The notes under the pieces: generated by a model | Told to the model about the DNA's origin: nothing | The model's database searches: none | What the model saw: only the letters and a program-made list of their open reading frames with translations | From: an uncultured bacterium | Lineage (GTDB): Bacteria > JAJVIF01 > JAPKYR01 | Direction of reading: 5' to 3' | DNA length: 25,653 nt | NCBI GenBank assembly: GCA_965369865.1 | Contig: CBDURU010000040.1 | Location: forward strand, 1-25,653 | Shown: in pieces, positions 8,320-16,709 of the stretch | How the letters are laid out: each line of letters starts with the position of its first letter | Numbering within the stretch: position 1 is the stretch's first letter | Program-made: the position numbers and the translations under genes

Positions 8320-9534
8320 ATGCGCCAGACGGCATTCATTGCGGCCCTTTTAATCTCATCCCTCTTCTTAACCGGATGCACCAATTCCGCGAGAATCCCA
8401 TACCGGCAAAATGTCAAAAATGTAATTATCATCGCGATCGACACCCTCAGGGCGAATCATCTTGGCTTCATGGGCTACCCTCGTGAAGCCTCCCCATTCC
8501 TCGATGAATTCGCCACCCGTAGTATTATTTTTGAAAATATATACACACCGAAAGCCCTGACGCTCCCATCTTTTGCATCGCTCTTTACCGGGCTGCATCC
8601 GAAAAATACTCAAATCTACAAGAACATGTGGCCGCTTTCGGAAGACCTCCATCTGCTTGTCGAAGATTTCCAGTCAGAAGGATTCAAAACCATTTTCCTC
8701 TCCGCAAGCGGAATTCTCCACAGCCGCTACCGGATGAACCAGGGATTCGATACCTACATCGATGCCGATCCGCATCCCGAGGAAGCCTGGCATATCATCG
8801 AAAAAATCCACGAGCAGACCGAAAATCTAGAGGAACCATTTTTCCTTGTCGCTCATTTCTGGGAACCGCATTCACCCTACGATCCCGATCCGGAAATCCT
8901 CGATCTGTTTGCCGACCCGAATTACGAAGGTCCGATGGATGGTTCTGTTGATGTTTTAAACGCGTACAACCTCAGGCAGGTCGAGTTGACCGGCGTCGAT
9001 ATCCAGCATGCGATCGATCGCTACGATGGCGAAATCCGCTGGCTGGACAACCAGTTGAAAGAACTTTTCGACTATTTCGAGGAGAAGAGGTACATCGATA
9101 ATTCGATTATTGTAATAACGAGCGACCACGGAGAGCTTCTCGGCGAGAACCACTTATTCCAGCATCGAAGGGACAACAACATTGAGCTCCAAATTCCCTT
9201 GATCATGCACTTTCCAGGGGATCTCGATGCCGGCATGCGAATTCCGGCGCTCGCGGAAATTACCGATATTCTGCCTACCATTATGGACATACTCGGGATC
9301 GGGATTCCGGCTGGAATTGATGGCATGAGCATGTTCCCGCTGTTCAGGGATCCGGAAATTGAATTCAGGACCACGCTCCTCAGCGTTGGGACTGATGACC
9401 CCGGTTATTTTCTTTACAGCGAATTCAATGGGAATCATCGCGTAAGGGTGGAGCCTGATTTCGATGACCCCGAACCGGTCTGGCTCGATGAGCAGGACCG
9501 TGAAAGATTGCGCTCTCTCGGGTATATTCATTAA
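8320..9534 (+). CDS. sulfatase/alkaline-phosphatase superfamily lipoprotein (Thr at nucleophile position)
   Basis: Lipobox LTGC, NVIIIAIDTLRA, TLPSFASLFTG, HFWEPHSPY, YDGEI, TSDHGE, C-terminal RLRSLGY. Confidence 0.85.
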   Translation: MRQTAFIAALLISSLFLTGCTNSARIPYRQNVKNVIIIAIDTLRANHLGFMGYPREASPFLDEFATRSIIFENIYTPKALTLPSFASLFTGLHPKNTQIYKNMWPLSEDLHLLVEDFQSEGFKTIFLSASGILHSRYRMNQGFDTYIDADPHPEEAWHIIEKIHEQTENLEEPFFLVAHFWEPHSPYDPDPEILDLFADPNYEGPMDGSVDVLNAYNLRQVELTGVDIQHAIDRYDGEIRWLDNQLKELFDYFEEKRYIDNSIIVITSDHGELLGENHLFQHRRDNNIELQIPLIMHFPGDLDAGMRIPALAEITDILPTIMDILGIGIPAGIDGMSMFPLFRDPEIEFRTTLLSVGTDDPGYFLYSEFNGNHRVRVEPDFDDPEPVWLDEQDRERLRSLGYIH

Positions 9535-9594
9535 AAAATTCGTGCTGCGGGGTAAAAGTATAAATTTGTACGAACATGACGGAGTTTTAAGTAC

Positions 9595-12117
9595 ATGATT
9601 AAGCTTACAATCGATGGAATTGAAATCGAAGCGAATGAAAATGCGACCATTCTCAATGCGGCGGATGCTGCCGGGGTTTACATTCCGCGAATCTGCTCCC
9701 ATCCCGATCTGCCGTCGGTCGATCCCGAACAGCTCGAACCATGGGCCGAAGTTTTCCTGGGTCCGGACTTGAAAATAGTTTCGGGGGATGACCGCCGGTA
9801 TGAGGGCTGCCAGTTATGTCTTGTCGAAGTCAACGGGCAACCGGAACCGGTCAGGGCCTGTGTTACGAAAGTGGAAGACGGGATGACAATCGTCACATCG
9901 AGTCCCGAAATCGAATCCCGCCGTAAAGCAAAGCTCAAGGAAATTTTCTCCGCTCATCCCCATGCTTGTGTCACCTGCGCGCAGCAAGCTGGATGTTCAT
10001 TGGAGCCCTGCTCGACAAATGTAGCGAAGGAAGAGCGATGCTGCCCGATTTTCCATGTCTGCGAACTCAGGAAGGTCGCCGAATTTGTCGGGATTCCCGA
10101 TGATACGTCCCGCTACATCCCACCCGGCCTTCCGGTAATAGAAAACGAACCATTATTTTTAAGAGATCACAACCTCTGCATAGGCTGCATTCGATGCGTG
10201 CGGGTTTGCCGTGATGTCAGAAATGTCGATGCGCTTGGCTTTACGTTTGATGAAAATGGAAAACTGTTTGTCGGCACCAAAGCCGCGACATTGAAAGACT
10301 CAGGATGCCGGTTCTGCCTGAGCTGTGTTGAGGTCTGCCCGACCGGAACACTGCGTTTGAAATTCGAGGAGCCAAGAATCGATGGAAAACGAACGGCCCA
10401 TTGTATCGCGGCCTGTCCGGCTGGAATGGATGTCCCGCGTTACCTCAGGGAGATCAGGCGTGGAGAGTTCGCCCGTGCCGAAGCTGTTATCCGGGAAACC
10501 GCACCGCTGCCCAGATCACTGGGCCAGGTTTGTTTCCATCCATGCGAGGATGAATGTATTCGCGGCGACATTCACGAAACAATCGCCATATGTTCCTTAA
10601 AGCGCGCGGCGACAGAACATGCGGGCGATCCCATTTGGAAATCAAAGTTCGATTCAGTTCCATCCACCGGAAAGAAAATCGCGATCATCGGCGCCGGTCC
10701 AACCGGACTGACCGCTGCCTGGTTTTTAAAACTGAAAGGCCACGATGTCACAATCTACGAGTCCATGGATTCTCCAGGCGGATGGCTCCGCAATGGAATC
10801 CCGAGATATCGTCTTTCGCCTGAATCCCTGGATGCCGACATTGAAGATATAAAAAGCACCGGTGTAGAAATCAAAACAGGAATGGAAGTCGGAAAGGATC
10901 TCTCCCTCGATCAAATCCGTACCGGTCATGACGCGTTGCTTATCGCTGTGGGCGCGCGGAAATCGAAACCCCTGCCATGTGACGGTGTCGATCTCCCGGG
11001 TGTCGAAGCCGGACTTGACGCCATGAAAAAAATAATGCTTGAAATTACTCCGGGCGATAAACCATATGCCGGTGAAAAAGTCCTTATTATCGGCGGCGGG
11101 AATGTCGCGATCGATGTCGCACGGTCCGCATTGCGGCTTGGCCCCGGTGAAGTGCATCTCTACTGCCTTGAACAACGGGATGAAATGCCTGCCCACGACT
11201 GGGAAATTGTCGAAGCCGAGGCAGAGGGAATCGTGATGCATCCCGGTTGGGGTCCGGTACTGATTTCAGGCGAAGGGAAAGTTGAGAGAGTCGATTTCCG
11301 AAAATGCACATCCGTTTTCGATGAGTCCGGGAAATTCTCACCCAGATTTGACGACAGCGCGACCACATCCCATGAAACCGATCGCGTGCTGATTGCGATC
11401 GGACAGGACACCGAATTGGAATTCCTTGAAAGTATCGAACGAATCGACCTGAAAACCAGTGTTGATTCGATGGGTACATCGGTCGATGGGATATTCGCTG
11501 CCGGTGAAGTAATATCAGGTCCGGCGTCCGTGATTGATGCGGTCGCGCACGGACGAAAGGCCACGTCGGGAATTGACAAATTCCTCGGCGGTGACGGCGA
11601 TATCGATATCAGGCTGCTTGATGATACCGAACCGGACGGCGAACTTGGGATAATCGATGGCTTTTTCGATCTCGGTAAAATCCCGATGCCCCGCCTTGGA
11701 ATCGAGGAAGCCACCGTTTGTTTCGATCTCGTGGAGAAAGGATACTCATCGGAAGACGCGATTAGTGAAGCCGAACGATGCTTAAGATGCGATCTCCGCC
11801 TGCTTCTTTGCCAGAATCCATCCGCGCCCGAATCGTGGATTGAATTCAATGAAGAAAATATCTCGAATCTTCCCGAGATCGAGGGTGTGTACCTGCTTCT
11901 CGATGAGGATAAAAAGGTCTACGCGATCAAAGGCGAGCGGAATATTAAAGAAGCCCTCCTCGAAATTCTTGAGACAACTGAGAAAGCAAAGTATTTCCTG
12001 ATCGAAGAGGACCCGATGTATTCAAAGCGTGAGAGTGAACTGATCCAGGGATACCTCAAGGAACACGGCTCTATGCCCCCCGGCGAAGGCGACGATGACC
12101 TGGACGATCTGTTTTAA
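9595..12117 (+). CDS. bzdV: BzdV-like multidomain Fe-S/FAD NAD(P)H:ferredoxin oxidoreductase
   Basis: N-terminal NuoG-like 2Fe-2S domain (IPRIC..GCQLC..RAC), HxxxCxxC cluster, CIGCIRC and CRFCLSC 4Fe-4S motifs, GltD-like module (GAGPTG, GGGNVA), EAERCLRCD, ~95-aa C-terminal domain. Sits in bzd context. Confidence 0.72.
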   Translation: MIKLTIDGIEIEANENATILNAADAAGVYIPRICSHPDLPSVDPEQLEPWAEVFLGPDLKIVSGDDRRYEGCQLCLVEVNGQPEPVRACVTKVEDGMTIVTSSPEIESRRKAKLKEIFSAHPHACVTCAQQAGCSLEPCSTNVAKEERCCPIFHVCELRKVAEFVGIPDDTSRYIPPGLPVIENEPLFLRDHNLCIGCIRCVRVCRDVRNVDALGFTFDENGKLFVGTKAATLKDSGCRFCLSCVEVCPTGTLRLKFEEPRIDGKRTAHCIAACPAGMDVPRYLREIRRGEFARAEAVIRETAPLPRSLGQVCFHPCEDECIRGDIHETIAICSLKRAATEHAGDPIWKSKFDSVPSTGKKIAIIGAGPTGLTAAWFLKLKGHDVTIYESMDSPGGWLRNGIPRYRLSPESLDADIEDIKSTGVEIKTGMEVGKDLSLDQIRTGHDALLIAVGARKSKPLPCDGVDLPGVEAGLDAMKKIMLEITPGDKPYAGEKVLIIGGGNVAIDVARSALRLGPGEVHLYCLEQRDEMPAHDWEIVEAEAEGIVMHPGWGPVLISGEGKVERVDFRKCTSVFDESGKFSPRFDDSATTSHETDRVLIAIGQDTELEFLESIERIDLKTSVDSMGTSVDGIFAAGEVISGPASVIDAVAHGRKATSGIDKFLGGDGDIDIRLLDDTEPDGELGIIDGFFDLGKIPMPRLGIEEATVCFDLVEKGYSSEDAISEAERCLRCDLRLLLCQNPSAPESWIEFNEENISNLPEIEGVYLLLDEDKKVYAIKGERNIKEALLEILETTEKAKYFLIEEDPMYSKRESELIQGYLKEHGSMPPGEGDDDLDDLF

Positions 12118-12494
12118 TTAAAGCACCTTGTATATCACAAATTCCCTTATGTATATTTCTTAGATTGGTACTATGGATTTATGTGTGTACTCACTCGGGA
12201 ATTACATCATGAATATGCTGGGAGGAAGGAATTTACACAGGTTGGCGACCCTACATTCGTGCAAAAACAGCCGGAAATGAGTTTTGCCGAAGGTTATTGA
12301 TGAAAATTATGCTTCTTCTCTATTGACCAAATTTTGGTTAGACAGATAAGGGGTTGCTTTTCTAGTTACAAATACTGTTTAATATTCATTGTTCAATAGA
12401 TTCAGAAATTCTGTAATGCCTAGGATCTTTCTAAATAAATAGAAATAGGATTAATGAAATCTTATCAGAATAATCCTGAGTTAAGGAGGACGCA

Positions 12495-13676
12495 GTGGGA
12501 ATTTTCTCAGACTATTTAAACTCATTAAAAGACTACAAGTCAATTGCGATCGAGAGAAAAAAGCAATTACGCAGAATTTCAGAATTGCGTGGTCATGCAG
12601 TGTTGACAATCGCAAGTGATATGGGAGGAATGTCTGGTAAAGTAAATGCTCCGATTGGAATAGATTATAATGACTTATTACCTGTTGCTGATCAGCTTGA
12701 TACTCTAGAAGGAGATAAAATCGATGTCATCCTTGAGACTCCTGGAGGACAAGCAGAACGTGCTGAAGACATCGTTAGGTTACTCAGGAATCGTTTCTCT
12801 TATGTTTGTTTTATTGTCCCAGGAGCTGCAATGAGTGCCGGTACAATTATGGTTATGTCCGGCAATGAAATCCTCCTTGAACCGATTTCATCACTCGGCC
12901 CAATTGATGCCCAGATCGTTGTAGGAGGTAAAAGATTCTCCGCCGAAGCTTTTTTAGAGGGGATGAACGAAATCAAAGCAGAAGTAGAAAAAACTGGCAA
13001 TCTCAACAGAGCATATATTCCGATACTCCAAGGTATAACACCTGCTGATATTCAAGCATGTAAAAATCTACAGTCTTTTTCAGCCAAACTGGTTTCAGAA
13101 TGGCTATTTAAATGGAAATTCCAAACTTGGGAAACACACAGTACAAATGGCCAACCTGTCACAGAAGAAGTTAAGCATAAACGAGCTGAAGAGATTGCTA
13201 AGCAACTTTGCAATCATAGCCACTGGCTTACACACAGTCGATCAATAAAACTTGAAGATCTTGTCAATATGGGTCTAAAAGTGGTAAACTATAGTGAAAT
13301 TCCAGACCTTCATGATGCTGTAAGACGATATTATACTTTGCTTCGAATGGGTTTCGATAGTACTTCTATGTACAAGCTTTTTGAAACACCAGATACGCAG
13401 ATTGCGCGTCATGCTGTTCCTGTTAGTAATCTAAAAGGACAAAAGACTGGGTTTGACGAAATCGCCGAAATACAGGTTACATGTCCTAATTGTAATCACA
13501 GGGCAACCATTCAAGCAAATATTGGGAAGACAAGTCCATTAAAACCTGGAAATCGGCCATTTCCCGATGATAATTTGTTCAAATGTCCTAACTGCGGAGA
13601 GGATACTGATATAAGCGATATCAGAAATGATATTGAGGCTCAATCTGGTAAACTTATAGTTCCAGAAAGGAGTTGA
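12495..13676 (+). CDS. SDH-family (Ser-Asp-His) ClpP/crotonase-fold serine protease with C-terminal Zn ribbon
   Basis: ILETPGG, AMSAGT (Ser), LGPIDAQ (Asp), WLTHSRSI (His). C-terminal CPNC...CPNC. AAGGAGG RBS at 12483-12489 before GTG. Confidence 0.8.
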   Translation: MGIFSDYLNSLKDYKSIAIERKKQLRRISELRGHAVLTIASDMGGMSGKVNAPIGIDYNDLLPVADQLDTLEGDKIDVILETPGGQAERAEDIVRLLRNRFSYVCFIVPGAAMSAGTIMVMSGNEILLEPISSLGPIDAQIVVGGKRFSAEAFLEGMNEIKAEVEKTGNLNRAYIPILQGITPADIQACKNLQSFSAKLVSEWLFKWKFQTWETHSTNGQPVTEEVKHKRAEEIAKQLCNHSHWLTHSRSIKLEDLVNMGLKVVNYSEIPDLHDAVRRYYTLLRMGFDSTSMYKLFETPDTQIARHAVPVSNLKGQKTGFDEIAEIQVTCPNCNHRATIQANIGKTSPLKPGNRPFPDDNLFKCPNCGEDTDISDIRNDIEAQSGKLIVPERS

Positions 13677-13681
13677 GTTAA

Positions 13682-13873
13682 ATGACGAATAATAAAAAAC
13701 CTGGTGAATTCCAGATTGTATTTAAAAAACTAGAAGAATATCTTGAGCAGGACGATTTGGGTATACCAGATAACTTTGATGTATCAACAGAGGAACTTCA
13801 GGGAATTAAAACCTTAAGGGAAATAGTAGATGAAACCAGGCAGGATCATTTGAAATTCTATTCTCAGAGCTGA
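13682..13873 (+). CDS. small acidic hypothetical protein coupled to the SDH protease
   Basis: 63 aa. AGGAG RBS (13668-13672) lies within the end of the protease gene, 5-nt gap, same AT-rich composition. Confidence 0.65.
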   Translation: MTNNKKPGEFQIVFKKLEEYLEQDDLGIPDNFDVSTEELQGIKTLREIVDETRQDHLKFYSQS

Positions 13874-14124
13874 TAAAAATAAATTTAGGATTTGGCTAGT
13901 TAAGATAAAAACACCTTTTAGCGTAAAATCAATGGTTACATTTGTGCAGGCTACTTCAAATACTTCGCCACGTACAACTCGTAACTATCCCCGTAGTACC
14001 AGACTTCATTGTCTTCGCCTTCTCCGAAAACCGCGCCGTATATTCCCGCAGAAAAATTACTCCTTCGGTACACCAACCCCCGCTTCCCCGGTTTATTTAC
14101 CCCTTAAGACACTACCACGAATAA

Positions 14125-14607
14125 TCAGTTCAGCAATTCTTCGAGCGGCGTCATGTCGGATTCTTCGCCGATCCAGCCCATTACCAGAGTACATACCTGG
14201 TCACCGACCCCATCGCCATTAACGTCCTCACCTTCGGTTGCTTCAAGGCCATAACCGAATAAATAGTAACCCGTGATCTCGTCTCCACCGTTATCAGGGA
14301 TATAAGTGAAATTCCCTTCGCGCGTACCCGATCCAAATTCCACCGGTTCCATGTTCACTTCGGTCATTGGATTATTTGGGAATTCAGTCATGATTTCGCT
14401 ATCAATTAGGTCATTAATATCTTCCGGATAATAATTGTCATGATCGACAGCGTATGTTTCTATAGCAATCTGGATTGCATGGATATTGGATTCAACTTCT
14501 TTTTCCCGGGTATCATGTCCCGAAGTGGGACAACCTGTAAGGGCAAGGGTGATAATGAAAATAAATATAGTTCCTGCTGTTAAAGAAAACAATTTTGGAT
14601 TCAGCAT
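14125..14607 (-). CDS. lipoprotein with pseudopilin (GspG-like) globular domain
   Basis: GGAGG RBS before ATG 14607, lipobox LTGC, SNIHAIQIAIETYAVDHDNYYPEDINDL...FPNNPMT segment, DVNGDG Ca-binding-like loop. Confidence 0.65.
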   Translation of the reverse strand: MLNPKLFSLTAGTIFIFIITLALTGCPTSGHDTREKEVESNIHAIQIAIETYAVDHDNYYPEDINDLIDSEIMTEFPNNPMTEVNMEPVEFGSGTREGNFTYIPDNGGDEITGYYLFGYGLEATEGEDVNGDGVGDQVCTLVMGWIGEESDMTPLEELLN

Positions 14608-14711
14608 TTTTATCGAGTCCTCCATATAGACCGAATTTTCAGTCGCAGATATTACCATAAATCGACAAAAAATCATCCGTAAAATACACATGTTACAATG
14701 GCTGACCACCT

Positions 14712-14758
14712 AAAATAAAAACGTCCCTGGTTTCAGAACATGATCCAGAGACTGTTTT
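14712..14758 (-). terminator. possible intrinsic terminator downstream of degP
   Basis: On the minus strand: GTCTCTGGATCA...AAACCAGGGAC imperfect hairpin followed by GTTTTTATTTT. Confidence 0.4.
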
Positions 14759-14851
14759 ATGAGAAACACTCAGCAGTGTTAGATTCTTAAAAATACTGCA
14801 TGTTCGCAGTCCCCCCCGTATATTATTATCGCGTTTCACCTCAAATTTTTA

Positions 14852-16459
14852 TCAATCTTCGAACGGTACTGCCATAAAAAATCTGACCCAGTCGCCGGAC
14901 GGTCCCATCTGCATATACCTGATCAGCACACTTGAACCGTCGCTTTCCCACACATCACGGGCTTCAGACATTAACCTGTCGTAATCATCGAGGTTACCAA
15001 CATCCTCGCCACTGATGCTGACAATAATCAAACCCTCCCTCATATCCTTATCGTACGCGACACTCGACGGGTCTACATATGCCACAATAACGCCGGTTGT
15101 GCCTTCGGGTAGATCGTAGAATTCGATAATTTCCCGGTCCAGCTCCTCGACCTCGATTCCAAGATATTCGGTATTCCTGTCGGATTTCGTGGGCTTCGAG
15201 TTATCCTCATCTTCATCCTCATCCCGATCATCAGCCGGCTGGAGATTATTCAGGTCGCGCTGGATGGGGGTAATCGCCACGGCAATTTCCTCTCCATCAC
15301 GCCAGACAATGAATTCGGAAGGCTCCCCGACAGGGAGAGCGGCTATGATTCGCGATGCGGACGCGGTAGTGTTCACATGCTCCCCACCAACGCTCAGAAT
15401 GACGTCGCCTTCCCGGAGTCCTCCCTCTTCGGCAGGATTTCCTTCATTCAGCCCGATCACCATGGCGCCATCGATACTTTCAAGGCCAAGTGCTTCAGCC
15501 AGGTCGGGATCGATATTCTGGATAGTTACCCCGATCCAGCCCCTGATAACCTCTCCGTACTCAAGGAAGCCCTGATAGACAAACCCGGCGATACTCATCG
15601 GAATGGCGAAACCGATTCCCGATCCCTGGGAGCTGATCGCAGTATTTATACCTACCGCGTGCCCATGAATATCAACAAGCGGTCCGCCTGAATTACCCAG
15701 ATTTATCGCCGCATCGGTCTGGATGAAGTCCTGGTAGTATGCACCACCCTGAAGGAAAAGCTGCTCACGGTTCGTTGCGGACACGATTCCGACCGTAACC
15801 GATCCAGCCAGGTTCCCAAATGGATTCCCGACCGCCATGACCCAGTCGCCGACCTGTAGTTCATCCGAATCGGCAATTTCGAGGTATGGAAAAGGCTCGC
15901 TGTCCTCAATTTTCAGGACCGCAACATCGGAATCCGAATCGCTGCCGATAACCTCCGCATCGAACTGCTGCCCGTCGTCCATTATTACCGTTATTTCATC
16001 TGCATTGGCGACCACATGGTTATTTGTGAGAATGTAGCCATTTGGGTTGACAAGGAAACCGCTGCCTGATGAATAAACCGGAAATCCTTCCTCATGAGGG
16101 TTGCGATCCCGGTTGCGATCCGGTCTGCCAAATGGGTCCGGCATATCGAATGGGAAACCGAACTGGTCGCCGAATGGCGATCCGTATTCCATGAGGGTCT
16201 GCGTCCCTTCGGCCTGGATACTCACCACAGCCGGACGAACCGCGGCTACAATGTCACGGAACGATTCCTGCGTGGAGACAAGAAAATCCGACGGCTCCAC
16301 ACTCGCGGGTGAAGTGGAAAAGCCTCCCTGGGCCGCTGATTTCGGTATCCAGTCAAGTCCATTTGATAATAGTATTCCCGTTACTACCCCGAACAAAAGT
16401 ATAAAAACGAAGAGAAGCGATTTCGCGCTCCTGTGCTGGCTCGCAATTCGTGGGTCCAT
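14852..16459 (-). CDS. degP: DegP/HtrA (Do/DeqQ family) serine protease with two PDZ domains
   Basis: GSGF, LTNNHVV (His), DVAVLK (Asp), IQTDAAINLGNSGGPL (Ser), RGWIGV PDZ1, YLGI PDZ2, N-terminal TM/signal segment. Confidence 0.93.
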   Translation of the reverse strand: MDPRIASQHRSAKSLLFVFILLFGVVTGILLSNGLDWIPKSAAQGGFSTSPASVEPSDFLVSTQESFRDIVAAVRPAVVSIQAEGTQTLMEYGSPFGDQFGFPFDMPDPFGRPDRNRDRNPHEEGFPVYSSGSGFLVNPNGYILTNNHVVANADEITVIMDDGQQFDAEVIGSDSDSDVAVLKIEDSEPFPYLEIADSDELQVGDWVMAVGNPFGNLAGSVTVGIVSATNREQLFLQGGAYYQDFIQTDAAINLGNSGGPLVDIHGHAVGINTAISSQGSGIGFAIPMSIAGFVYQGFLEYGEVIRGWIGVTIQNIDPDLAEALGLESIDGAMVIGLNEGNPAEEGGLREGDVILSVGGEHVNTTASASRIIAALPVGEPSEFIVWRDGEEIAVAITPIQRDLNNLQPADDRDEDEDEDNSKPTKSDRNTEYLGIEVEELDREIIEFYDLPEGTTGVIVAYVDPSSVAYDKDMREGLIIVSISGEDVGNLDDYDRLMSEARDVWESDGSSVLIRYMQMGPSGDWVRFFMAVPFED

Positions 16460-16709
16460 ATTATTAACTTCCTCCAGATTGAGTTTCTAAATCTCCCAAC
16501 TTCTTTCCGGACGTATCGATGCTATTAGACTCATAAGAAACAGAATGGTTCATGCCTTGCATCGGGATTATCTGAAAAATTAAATAAATCCCGGCGTAAA
16601 GTCCATTTGGAACCCGGGTTGCACTGAACCAAAATGCGCCTCTCATGGTACCATATGGTGTGTCTTCTGTGAGACACTATATATATAAGACACAATTCGA
16701 CTTAAAGCC

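Noticed and set aside
12173..12300. Short ORFs (35-39 aa) upstream of the SDH protease as a third cassette gene
   Set aside because: There is no convincing RBS or motif, and two overlapping frames are equally weak.
12118..13920. Target-site duplication flanking the AT-rich cassette (TTAAAGCACCTTGTA vs TAAAAACACCTTTTA)
   Set aside because: Only 12 of 15 bases match, in AT-rich DNA, which is compatible with chance.
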